Part shown: one piece after another, positions 55,572 through 64,000 of the stretch
Layout of the letters: each line of letters begins with the position of its first letter
Position numbering within the stretch: position 1 is the first letter of the stretch
From: a virus
Lineage: Duplodnaviria; Caudoviricetes
DNA: 64,000 bases
IMG/VR virus record: IMGVR_UViG_3300049629_001293
Span: 34,465 to 98,464 of that record
Direction: 5' to 3' (one strand)
Notes under the pieces: generated by a model
What the model saw: the letters and a program-made list of their open reading frames with translations, nothing else
What the model was told of the DNA's origin: nothing
Databases searched by the model: none
Made by a program: the position numbers and the translations under genes

Positions 55572-56180
55572 ATGACAAACACCACCCCTTTATTTGTAGC
55601 TTTTGAAGGAATTGATGGCTCTGGAAAAACAGAGCAACTTGGACAAGTGGCAAAACATCTGACGGAACATTCGGGCTTGAAGATTTTAAACACCAGGGAA
55701 CCTTGGGGGGATGATGCACGGATTAGGATAAAAAACACAGATTTACCCCCATTGGATCAGATCCAGTTGATTGCCGAGGATAGAAAAGCTCATTGCAATT
55801 GGCTTAGAGAAGTTTGGGGCGACTATGACCTGATCCTTTGTGACCGATTCACAGCCTCCACGTTAGCCTACCAGGGCTATGGAGAAGGGCTTGAGATAGA
55901 AGGCTTGATAAGGGTAAATGAAACGGCCACACAGGGCTTAAAACCCGACCTCGTTCTATTGTTAGACTGCCCCGTAAACGTCTCGGTCAATCGGCTGAAT
56001 AGATCCCTTGATAAAATAGAAAAAAATATCCATTTTCTAAACAGAGTGCGGTTCGGGTACTTGGCTCTCGCCCATCGGTTTAATTATCAAATCATTGATG
56101 CAAGCAAAAACAAGGGCAATGTTTTTACCGATGTCCTAATATCCTTATCAAAGCTAATGAAGTCGTCATGGGGTGACTAA
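55572..56180 (+). CDS. tmk: Thymidylate kinase
   Basis: FEGIDGSGKT, TREP, DRF..STLAYQG, PDL.LLLD. Confidence 0.93.
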   Translation: MTNTTPLFVAFEGIDGSGKTEQLGQVAKHLTEHSGLKILNTREPWGDDARIRIKNTDLPPLDQIQLIAEDRKAHCNWLREVWGDYDLILCDRFTASTLAYQGYGEGLEIEGLIRVNETATQGLKPDLVLLLDCPVNVSVNRLNRSLDKIEKNIHFLNRVRFGYLALAHRFNYQIIDASKNKGNVFTDVLISLSKLMKSSWGD

Positions 56181-56188
56181 CACCCGAT

Positions 56189-56428
56189 ATGGTGATTATT
56201 TTCGATCTACAAATTCGGGCGGCTGTGGCGAGATTAGAGAATAGACCCCTTGATGCAATTGAAAGAAATATCTTGTTTTTGGAGAGGGTGCGATGGGGAT
56301 ATTTGGACATTGCCAAAAGATACAAATACCACCTTATTAATTCCAATCAGTCATCTGAGTTGGTGTTTAACAAGGTGGTAAATCGGGTGTTGCGGGCCTT
56401 GGAAATTGAGAGTTTAGTTAAGATATAA
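56189..56428 (+). CDS. Diverged duplicate of the thymidylate kinase C-terminal third (possible pseudogene)
   Basis: (LTPD)MVIIFDL...RL..RPLDAIERNILFLERVRWGYL aligns with tmk KPDLVLLLD...SLDKIEKNIHFLNRVRFGYL. Confidence 0.65.
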   Translation: MVIIFDLQIRAAVARLENRPLDAIERNILFLERVRWGYLDIAKRYKYHLINSNQSSELVFNKVVNRVLRALEIESLVKI

Positions 56429-56469
56429 ATAAAGTAGGGTTGCAAAATACCCTGCTTTATGTTTAAACT

Positions 56470-56811
56470 TTAGTTGATGAAAATTTGCTTGTTGATTAAT
56501 AGAACGCTTTGAGCCGTTAACACAGGGGATTCATCGTTTTTAAACACAAATGAGTTGTATTTATAAGGGTTGTAAGTAACGGCTTGATTGCAGTTTTTCA
56601 CTGCGTCAGTCAACGTTCCAACAACGTAAGCATGGACATTTTTGCGTTGCTCTCTGATAACCCGTTGCCGTCCGGCTTCAGAAACTTTGAACGTACCATT
56701 GGTTAATTTAACTTCTGTTTCGTGGGCTATAACCCGCCCCTTATTTTCGCCCTCTAATGCGACGACTGAAAACATCTTTTTATGAAGATTGAAATAGACT
56801 TTAACTTTCAT
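56470..56811 (-). CDS. Conserved phage hypothetical protein
   Basis: VYFNLHK..FSV...GRVIAH...F.VSEAGRQRV.RE.RKNVHA.V.G...V.YNPYK motif. Confidence 0.7.
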   Translation of the reverse strand: MKVKVYFNLHKKMFSVVALEGENKGRVIAHETEVKLTNGTFKVSEAGRQRVIREQRKNVHAYVVGTLTDAVKNCNQAVTYNPYKYNSFVFKNDESPVLTAQSVLLINKQIFIN

Positions 56812-56903
56812 GGTATATTCCTTAAATTAATTGAAAATGATTGACTTGAGAGCAAGTAGGGTGGCTGCCTTACTTGCTTAACTTTTAACCTTCTACATTT
56901 ATA

Positions 56904-56932
56904 ACTGTACCCCAGTTATTTTAAAATGTCAA
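56904..56932 (-). promoter_or_regulatory. Sigma70-type promoter
   Basis: TTGACA-17 bp-TACAGT; spacer resembles that of the 54252 promoter. Confidence 0.6.
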
Positions 56933-56937
56933 CCCCC

Positions 56938-57150
56938 TCACTCAACTTTTTTGTAAAGAATTATGTCGCCGGTTGTGATCGCCTCCAAAAATTCAGTCCA
57001 TGCGGGTTCTGCTGATTCCCGTCTCCAATAACGATAACCCATGCCGATGACGAGGGTTTTTAATTTTTCCCTATCTTCTGGCTTGAGTCTGGCTTTGATT
57101 TCTTGTCTGTGTTCGTGGGGCCTCATAAAAAATCCTATATAACTATCCAC
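56938..57150 (-). CDS. Small DNA-binding-like hypothetical protein
   Basis: EIKARLKPEDREKLK, RHH-like start. Confidence 0.45.
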   Translation of the reverse strand: MDSYIGFFMRPHEHRQEIKARLKPEDREKLKTLVIGMGYRYWRRESAEPAWTEFLEAITTGDIILYKKVE

Positions 57151-57579
57151 CAGTTATAACAGATTTATTTCCAGATGGTAAATAATTCTGGCAACGACGG
57201 GCGGTGGATCGTGGATCTAAAAAAGCCGAATCCCTTACAGAATCCGGCTTTTACCTCTAGCTGTTTTCGATAAAACATCAACCTTGAATTTGTCCATTAG
57301 TCTCCTACTCTTTTGTGCATCTTCAGTCAAGAAATAAGATAATCATTAACTGTCAACAGTGTCAGGGATTTGAGTGGAATAGTTTGATCTTTAAAGCATT
57401 TAAAATTAAGTAATCGTAAAGAATTGATCATAATTTTTGTTGTTTGATGTATTTCTATTATTATATAATGATCTACACTTTAAAGCAAGGTGTGGGCTAG
57501 TGTCAAAAGAAATAAATCTTTTAACAACACTGCATGAAGCAGACGTTCACCCACGATCAAATTATAATATAGTCAGCTA

Positions 57580-57694
57580 GTATCAAATTAGTCAAGAAAC
57601 AATGCAATCGTTAACTACCAGGATTACCGCCAACAATAATCGCGTTGGCTTCATACTGGTATCAAATTAGTCAAGAAACAATGCAATCGTTAAC
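57580..57694. CRISPR. Mini CRISPR-like unit: two identical 36-bp repeats and one 43-bp spacer
   Basis: GTATCAAATTAGTCAAGAAACAATGCAATCGTTAAC at 57580 and 57659; no cas genes in the window. Confidence 0.35.
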
Positions 57695-57776
57695 TGGTAA
57701 ACCTTGATTCTTGACTATTTACATTGTACACGAATAACGCAAAAAAAAACAAGTTTATTTATGTATTTTTAAAAGG

Positions 57777-58190
57777 TCAAGAGCAATCGTCAACCTTGAT
57801 AATCTCAATCTCAACACAAAGGGCTTTCAATCTCTCAAAAGCCACCACCGGATCGGCTTCAAAATCAACCGGACTAGATCCGGTCATCGGAGCGTCAGAC
57901 ACCGCCCCCAATGGCTCAAAGGCACGGGATTTGTTATTCCAAAAAAACACCCTGTTAATATGTCGCTCTATTGCTTCCGGTGTTTCGAGAAAACAGTAGA
58001 TTAGTCCTGCGACAATAGCCTGCCTGACATCGGTTCTGAATCGCCTTTTGTCAAGTTTAATTGTCCATAATTCAGATAAAAGTTCCTCATCTGTTTGTGC
58101 ATCATACCAGAGACACTCACAAGAGAATGTGTGGAGGTCGTTGGCATGAATTTTTTGGGCGGGTTGAAATCCTTTTTTAGTTGTCTTCAT
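57777..58190 (-). CDS. Hypothetical protein
   Basis: 137 aa, overlaps the methyltransferase stop. Confidence 0.55.
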   Translation of the reverse strand: MKTTKKGFQPAQKIHANDLHTFSCECLWYDAQTDEELLSELWTIKLDKRRFRTDVRQAIVAGLIYCFLETPEAIERHINRVFFWNNKSRAFEPLGAVSDAPMTGSSPVDFEADPVVAFERLKALCVEIEIIKVDDCS

Positions 58191-59223
58191 AAAGATTAAT
58201 TGATTTTAAGATTGCCAGACCTAACTCTTTCGCCAACAACGGCGGCACGGCATTTCCGATGATTTGTTGGGCTAAAGATTTGGATTCTGGGAATTTGTAA
58301 TCATCGGGAAAAGTTTGCAGCCGTGCCGTCGCTTTTTGACTAATCCGTTTGATTTGACTTCCCTGTACGATGTCCGCCCAATGGGTACTTACACCCGCCA
58401 TAGCTCGAATTGTTGGACAAGGCTTGTTTTGTGGAGTCGGTAAAATATTCTTGATACAGGCTCCCGCACGGGGGATTAATAGGATAGGAGAATGAGAATT
58501 ACAGTGGCCGGATACAATTGTAAAACTTGGATCGTCTACAGTTCGGACTGTAGCCCGTCTAATGAGTTGTTTACCAATATCAATCAAGGCTTTTTCTGGC
58601 AAATATCCCAGTTCATTCAATCGCTTAATCTGCCAGTCCGCAAGCTCACAGTCCTGCATTTCTGGGATTAAATCACTAATGGCTTGATACCATCCCTTTT
58701 TAGGTTTTGATTCAGGAAAATAAGGGAGGGGTTCTGAATTTTTAACTGCCCACATAATCAACCGTTTCCGGTTTTGCGGAACCCCGTGATCCGCCGCGTC
58801 TAAAATTAACCAATGATAGCGATATCCGTTACGGATCAATGATTGTAGGATTTTCTCAAAAGTTGGTGATTTTGAATATCCTGGGACGTTTTCGAGAATC
58901 ACCCATCGAGGGGATAATGAGGCAATATAATCACAACAATAAAGCCCCGCATCTTTATCTTTGTGGTCAGGAATATCACCCCGCCGTGCGTTGCTGTATT
59001 GTTGGCATGGGGGACTCATCCAAAGCAGATCAACAGGTTCTAAATGGCGAGGACTAGCTGACCCGACACATTGATTAATTATCTTGGTATTCGGGAAATT
59101 TTGTTGCGCTACTTCTGCAATTTTAGGATCTCTTTCAATTCCCCATAAAGACTTAAACCCTGCGGCCTCTAATCCTTTGCCAGCCCCACCACCGCCCATA
59201 AATAATTCACCGCAAGTGTACAT
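58177..59223 (-). CDS. DNA (cytosine-5) methyltransferase, orphan
   Basis: Motif I ELFMGGGG, IV SPPCQ, VI ENV, VIII QNRKR, X IIGNAVPP. Confidence 0.92.
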   Translation of the reverse strand: MYTCGELFMGGGGAGKGLEAAGFKSLWGIERDPKIAEVAQQNFPNTKIINQCVGSASPRHLEPVDLLWMSPPCQQYSNARRGDIPDHKDKDAGLYCCDYIASLSPRWVILENVPGYSKSPTFEKILQSLIRNGYRYHWLILDAADHGVPQNRKRLIMWAVKNSEPLPYFPESKPKKGWYQAISDLIPEMQDCELADWQIKRLNELGYLPEKALIDIGKQLIRRATVRTVDDPSFTIVSGHCNSHSPILLIPRAGACIKNILPTPQNKPCPTIRAMAGVSTHWADIVQGSQIKRISQKATARLQTFPDDYKFPESKSLAQQIIGNAVPPLLAKELGLAILKSINLYEDN

Positions 59224-59225
59224 AT

Positions 59226-59549
59226 CTATATTCCAGTGAGTTTATTTTGCATCCCAGGAGCGAGTAGAATCACCTGAGCGTATCTAAGAGCGATACCTTT
59301 ATCTTGATACTGGCGATAAAGTTGGTCGAAGAACTTTCGGTTTTTACCAAGTAAAAACCCTCTGATACTTTTTAGAGATAAGGAATATACCCAGTCTCGA
59401 TAGGATTCGCTATTAACTATAAGAAATTCTTTTTTCCATCGGGAAACCGTGTCTTCTGGGATATTTAGTTCCATTGCTATTTTGTTTTGCTTCACCCCTT
59501 TTTTCAAAAGCTCTAGGGCTTTCTGTTTTGTCTCTGCGGGATAGGTCAA
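59226..59549 (-). CDS. HTH DNA-binding protein
   Basis: KQKALELLKKGVKQNKIAMELNIPEDTVSRWKK. Confidence 0.7.
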   Translation of the reverse strand: MTYPAETKQKALELLKKGVKQNKIAMELNIPEDTVSRWKKEFLIVNSESYRDWVYSLSLKSIRGFLLGKNRKFFDQLYRQYQDKGIALRYAQVILLAPGMQNKLTGI

Positions 59550-59635
59550 ATTCCCTCCTTCTTTATGCTATGGTGGTTTAATGAATCTATCACTGAGAGT
59601 AATAGATTTTTATTCACAAGTCAAGAGGATGTTTT

Positions 59636-59917
59636 ATGATTCCTAGTGTTCCTTACGATCGCGTTGCCTCAATATCCTGGGATAAGCAAGCAGGAGAGAG
59701 GCTGAAGAAGCTGCGGAACAATAAACGGTATTCTCGTGGCTGCTTGGCAAGACTTACCCAAGATTGCGACCAAAGGTTATCCGAGGCTTATATCCAAAAG
59801 GTTGAGGACGGGAGGGCAAAAACAATCCGACGCGCGAAGCTAGAAACGTTATTATCCCTACTGGATTCGGATATCCAGGCTGTTTTCCCTGGCGGAGACA
59901 ATAAAAAGTTTTCCTAG
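59636..59917 (+). CDS. XRE-family HTH regulator
   Basis: GERLKKLR....SRG.LA........LSEAYIQKVEDGR. Confidence 0.75.
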   Translation: MIPSVPYDRVASISWDKQAGERLKKLRNNKRYSRGCLARLTQDCDQRLSEAYIQKVEDGRAKTIRRAKLETLLSLLDSDIQAVFPGGDNKKFS

Positions 59918-59976
59918 CCGCTTGACTTTTATTACTGCAAGTAGTAAATTGGTAATAAGCACTGGATAACAAAATT

Positions 59977-60369
59977 ATGATCGCACAGCAGCCAAAGACG
60001 TTTGAGTCGGAAGAAGATTTTGAGGAAGTGGAGATAGGAGTGGTAGACCTCCTTCCAACGCCTTTAAAAAAAAAGGAAAAAGACAGTATTTCAATCTCTA
60101 TAGAGGACTTGAAATCATGGCTGGCTTGTGGCATCCTGCCTAAGACAGCCTATGTTTATCTGATGCTTCTGATTAAGTTTGATGGAAATACGAATGTGGA
60201 CATCAGGGCGCTTGCCAACTCTCTGAGTTGCGCTGTCTCAATCGACGAAGAGAAAACAAAGATAATAAATTTCAGTGAGGAAGAAACTCTTTCTGAAATT
60301 GCAAAACTGAATAAAAAAGGTGCGCTGTCTATTAAGCAAACAGCAATCCAATTGCATCTAAATTTATAG
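59977..60369 (+). CDS. Hypothetical (winged-helix-like) protein
   Basis: 130 aa ORF in the replication operon. Confidence 0.5.
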   Translation: MIAQQPKTFESEEDFEEVEIGVVDLLPTPLKKKEKDSISISIEDLKSWLACGILPKTAYVYLMLLIKFDGNTNVDIRALANSLSCAVSIDEEKTKIINFSEEETLSEIAKLNKKGALSIKQTAIQLHLNL

Positions 60370-60458
60370 GCTTGTGTTCCCCCACGGCTTCACGGTGCGA
60401 TAGTGAGGCAGTGGGGAGGCGTAATCTCCCAATCAACGTAAACATTCTGTAAAAAAAT

Positions 60459-61472
60459 ATGACAAGTAATTCAATGCCCGAAGTTATTGTTGTTAACTTC
60501 GACGATGACGACAAGTTTGGAGTCCTCTACGCCAAGGATTATGTTCCTGGGTACAATGAGATCGGGATTAGCGATCTCTCTGACGAAGATTTTGATGACG
60601 ATGTTCTGCTTTTAACTTGTTTAGAACTGTTGGCTAACGGGACAAAAGGGACAAAATACGACACTGAAAAGGTCTTGTCGGTTAAAGCAACCGATTCGGG
60701 AATAATCGACCGGATCTACACACCCGCACTTTTTTCTACAGAAGGAGGCGAAGGCTTGGTTATCCGTGCCGGAGCAAACTTATTCCCCGTGACTCAAAAC
60801 GGACGCACTTTCACTTGCGGAGAAATGCAAGGGGAAATCGAAAGCTACTCGGTTAAGTACGGGGACAAAGAGTACAAAGTCCCTCGGATTGATTTTGTCG
60901 CACCAAAAGGAGGCTTGATTTTCTCCCTCCGTGTCTTTGGTAAAGATGAGACGGTGAACGGGGATTCCCTTAAGCACCGTGCGCGAGCCGGTGGGGCGAT
61001 CGCTGGCTACCTTCGGGAAGCCAAAGGGGGAAACTACCAGGTGGTAAAACCCACCGAACTGCCAGAGGGGGAATACTTGGTGACTGGGATTGATCAAAAA
61101 GAACACCCTGAATATGGTACAGGGTATTTTGTTGCCCTCGACGGTGGAAAGGCTTTATATGCCAACTTCGGCATGAAGAAGCAGCTTAAATCCTCGTTCA
61201 ACAGCTTCTCGAATTGCTTAAAAGGTGGTCGTCCAGTAACCCTGATTATCGCCAACATCCGAGAAGGTAATAACAAAAAGATGACTTGTGACGCGGTGTT
61301 CCGCAATCGCGCACCCCACACCTCAAATATGTTTAAGCAGGGGTTTGTGGCAAAAGAACTCCATGGGGCGGCCGTGGATTCTACAGAAACTTCCCGTCCT
61401 AAAGAGAAAGGAATGAAATCGGCAGAGCCAGATAAGACAGAAGGTGGTCAATACGATCCTCTGCCTTTCTAA
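60459..61472 (+). CDS. Hypothetical protein, candidate ssDNA-binding protein
   Basis: Beta-rich core, disordered tail ending YDPLPF; upstream of dnaN. Confidence 0.45.
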   Translation: MTSNSMPEVIVVNFDDDDKFGVLYAKDYVPGYNEIGISDLSDEDFDDDVLLLTCLELLANGTKGTKYDTEKVLSVKATDSGIIDRIYTPALFSTEGGEGLVIRAGANLFPVTQNGRTFTCGEMQGEIESYSVKYGDKEYKVPRIDFVAPKGGLIFSLRVFGKDETVNGDSLKHRARAGGAIAGYLREAKGGNYQVVKPTELPEGEYLVTGIDQKEHPEYGTGYFVALDGGKALYANFGMKKQLKSSFNSFSNCLKGGRPVTLIIANIREGNNKKMTCDAVFRNRAPHTSNMFKQGFVAKELHGAAVDSTETSRPKEKGMKSAEPDKTEGGQYDPLPF

Positions 61473-61572
61473 CGATTTCTATTGATACCTATCAGGAATT
61501 GAAACTAATCAACTAAATCAAACCGGGATAAATAAATCTCGGTTTGATTCAACCTACAAATTCACTAAACCA

Positions 61573-62793
61573 ATGAAATTGACTGTAGATACAAAAGCCT
61601 TGTCCGATGCCCTTGATTGGGCAAACAAGGCGATTCCTCAAAAGCCTAATCATCCCATCCTGGCTAACTTCAAAATTGAAGCGGGTGATAGCAATTTAGA
61701 GGTTACGGGGTTTGACCTCTCAATGGCTATTAAAGCCACGGTAGAAGCAAATGTTGACAGATGTGGCAGTGTTACGATTCCTGCCAAGTTGTTCACGGAG
61801 ACAATCAAACACCTCCCCAACGGAGAGCTAACACTTGAAGTGGACAACGAGACAAATGACGTTAAGATAATTTCCAGTGGCAAATACAACTTGCGGGGAT
61901 TAAGCACAGAAGAATACCCCGAAATCCCCTTGCTTGAAGCTAACAATAGCCTTGAGATTTCGGTAGAGAATCTTCTTCAAGGAAGTAAAACAATCTCCAC
62001 CGTGTCTACTGATGAAACAAAACAACAATTATGTGGGGTTGATCTAAAGTTCTCAGATAAGGGAATCAAGTTCGCAGCAACAAACGGACACTTGTTGATG
62101 GTAATTGAAGTCGAAAACGAGGATTTTGAAGGGGATGAATCGGAAGTTCAGGAGATTATCATTCCTGGTCGGGCTTTCCGAGAGGTTAAAAAGATGATCA
62201 CAAAATTCAAAGAGAAAGGGGATGATGATACTCCCGTTTTGGTTGGATTTGATGACCGGATTATTATTTTTTCCTATAAGAATCAGCAAGTCCAATGCCG
62301 GAAATTAGACGGGGCTTTCCCCACTTACGAACAGCTAATCCCTAAAAACCACGCCACTTTGGTAACGGTTGATCGGCGAACCTTTATTGGTTCCCTGGAA
62401 CGGATGGAGATAATTGCAAAACAGAAAAATCACATCGTGTGTTGCGACTTTGATGCCGAAGCACAGCAAATTAAACTATCGGTAGAAGCCGCCGACGTAG
62501 GCAAAGCAGAGGAGTATATCCCTGCACAAATATCAGTCAAGGAGCCTGTTGCATCCGATGACGACGAAAACGATGACGGGGATGATGAAGAATCCTTTGC
62601 CACGATAAACGCAGTTAAAGAGCCAATTACAGTCGCTTTCAACTGCGCTTATATCATTGAGGGCTTGGAAGAAATGGAAACCAGTGAAGTCCAAATAAAG
62701 ATCCAAGAGTCTACCATCGCACCAATTATCATCTCGCCATTAGGGGGAATTAAGATGACATTTCTTCTAATGCCAGTCAATCTTCGGAAGTAA
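61573..62793 (+). CDS. dnaN: DNA polymerase III beta sliding clamp
   Basis: HPILAN, LEVTGFDL, G.VTIPAKLF, STDETKQ.L.GV, AATNGH, G.FPTYEQLIP, AFN..Y, FLLMPV. Confidence 0.95.
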   Translation: MKLTVDTKALSDALDWANKAIPQKPNHPILANFKIEAGDSNLEVTGFDLSMAIKATVEANVDRCGSVTIPAKLFTETIKHLPNGELTLEVDNETNDVKIISSGKYNLRGLSTEEYPEIPLLEANNSLEISVENLLQGSKTISTVSTDETKQQLCGVDLKFSDKGIKFAATNGHLLMVIEVENEDFEGDESEVQEIIIPGRAFREVKKMITKFKEKGDDDTPVLVGFDDRIIIFSYKNQQVQCRKLDGAFPTYEQLIPKNHATLVTVDRRTFIGSLERMEIIAKQKNHIVCCDFDAEAQQIKLSVEAADVGKAEEYIPAQISVKEPVASDDDENDDGDDEESFATINAVKEPITVAFNCAYIIEGLEEMETSEVQIKIQESTIAPIIISPLGGIKMTFLLMPVNLRK

Positions 62794-62849
62794 AGCCAAA
62801 ATATAGATACAATCCTCCTCATCTGGGGAGGACTTAGATAGAGAAAACA

Positions 62850-63086
62850 ATGGCAAACAAAAGATATAGTCACCCATATCTAACCAAGGATTTTCTAACA
62901 CGGAATCCTTTTAATTATTGCCTAAACTGCGGAGGGATCTTGGGAAATATTAGACCGGATTTGAAGAATGCAAGACAGGTTTGGCTCGTCCCTTGGGGGT
63001 CAAACAAGGTCGTGTTAAACGGCTACACCCATATTATTTGCCCACATCAAAGAGATCAACAAAATGACTCAATTAATGTCCGCTAA
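62850..63086 (+). CDS. Small Cys-containing hypothetical protein
   Basis: CLNC...H.IC. Confidence 0.45.
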   Translation: MANKRYSHPYLTKDFLTRNPFNYCLNCGGILGNIRPDLKNARQVWLVPWGSNKVVLNGYTHIICPHQRDQQNDSINVR

Positions 63087-64000
63087 CCCGATTTTTAATC
63101 CAAACGGAAACGACGATGTTGCCCACAGAACGATTTGGTTTGGGGAAACCACAAACTTAATGCAATTGAATGATGTCCGCTATTCTTGGGCGGTTGGTTT
63201 GTATAAGCAAATGAGAGAGAACTTCTGGGTCGCCGAGCGCTTGGATATTACCCAGGACGTGACAGATTACGCGAACCTAACTCTCAATGAACGCAATGTT
63301 TATGATGGGATTTTAAGCTATTTAACGTTCTTGGATTCCATTCAAACCTGTAATATTCCCCACCTTAAAAGTTGCGTCACAGCCCCAGAAATCAGCCTGT
63401 GCATGGCAGAGCAAAACTCCCAGGAGGCGTTACACTCCCAGTCTTATTCGTACATGATCGAAACGATTATTCCATCGGATCGAAGAACATCTGTTTATGA
63501 GTTTTGGAGAACAGATAAAGTCTTGCGCGATCGCTGTGAATTTATTGCAGGAATTTATCAGAACTTCATGGATAATTCCACGCCAGAGAATTATTTTGTC
63601 GCTTTGTTAGCCGATTATATGTTAGAGGGGATTTACTTCTACAATGGTTTTATCGCTTACTACAATTTCGCTTCCCGTCAATTAATGCCGGGATCTGCTG
63701 ATATCTTCAAAATGATTAACCGTGACGAATTAAGTCATGTTCGGTTATTCCAGAAATTGATTCCTGAAGCTATGCAATTGTTTCCTCATTCCGTTGACCA
63801 GATTTACGAAATGTTTGGCACGGCTGTCGAGCATGAGTGTAAATGGACTAATCATATTGTGGGAAATAATATTTTAGGAATCACGGAATATAGTACGGAA
63901 CAATACACCAAATATCTAGCCAATATTCGGTTACGTTCTATCGGTTTAGAGCCCCTTTATCCCGATAAAAAGTACAGTAAAAGTCCCTATACCCATTTAG
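63064..64000 (+). CDS. nrdB: Ribonucleotide reductase class I beta subunit (partial, runs off window end)
   Basis: Manual translation: MRENFW..E..D.TQD, LTFLDSIQ, QEALHSQSY, LEGIYFYNGF, INRDELSHV diiron/tyrosyl motifs. Confidence 0.93.
   Translation, partial: MTQLMSANPIFNPNGNDDVAHRTIWFGETTNLMQLNDVRYSWAVGLYKQMRENFWVAERLDITQDVTDYANLTLNERNVYDGILSYLTFLDSIQTCNIPHLKSCVTAPEISLCMAEQNSQEALHSQSYSYMIETIIPSDRRTSVYEFWRTDKVLRDRCEFIAGIYQNFMDNSTPENYFVALLADYMLEGIYFYNGFIAYYNFASRQLMPGSADIFKMINRDELSHVRLFQKLIPEAMQLFPHSVDQIYEMFGTAVEHECKWTNHIVGNNILGITEYSTEQYTKYLANIRLRSIGLEPLYPDKKYSKSPYTHL

Noticed and set aside
58177-59223. Complete restriction-modification system
   Set aside because: No recognisable endonuclease nearby; orphan methyltransferases are common in phages.
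61573-64000. Host chromosome starting at dnaN (prophage boundary)
   Set aside because: No dnaA or other housekeeping context; the genes are co-oriented with phage-type hypotheticals, and no att or integrase is seen.

Overview
The whole window reads as part of a large tailed phage or prophage (about 85 genes) adapted to a cyanobacterial host: roughly 20 HIP1 GCGATCGC sites counted by eye, plus cyanobacterial-type dnaN and nrdB. No host housekeeping block, integrase or att site is visible. Layout: (1) 0.5-6.6 kb, an early operon of small genes (Rad52/Sak-like annealase, LPD29) behind three sigma70 promoters carrying a repeated GTAA(A/G)AC operator; (2) 6.7-33.6 kb, mostly minus-strand virion genes (tape measure, DUF4054 adaptor, DUF2184 capsid, decoration protein, DUF2213 protease/scaffold, DUF1073 portal); (3) 33.7-47 kb, terminase large subunit, tail/fibre and membrane genes; (4) 47-57 kb, accessory/early genes (DUF1653, Rha, PcfJ, thymidylate kinase); (5) 58-64 kb, C5 methyltransferase, HTH regulators, beta clamp and RNR beta. 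The standout is a family of 7 paralogous genes, plus one mini-ORF and one relic, among the head genes. They share a ~90 aa N-terminal module, R-x-D-[S/A] motifs and a Cys4 motif, but end in different domains: HExxH peptidase x3, ADP-ribosyltransferase x1 and x2, a tandem helical domain, and ParB-like. The R-x-D motif also recurs in the prohead protease, capsid and portal, and the portal carries a pyrophosphatase-like C-terminal domain. I infer a protease-processed, capsid-packaged polymorphic effector system. Family assignments come from motif recognition only; no searches were run.
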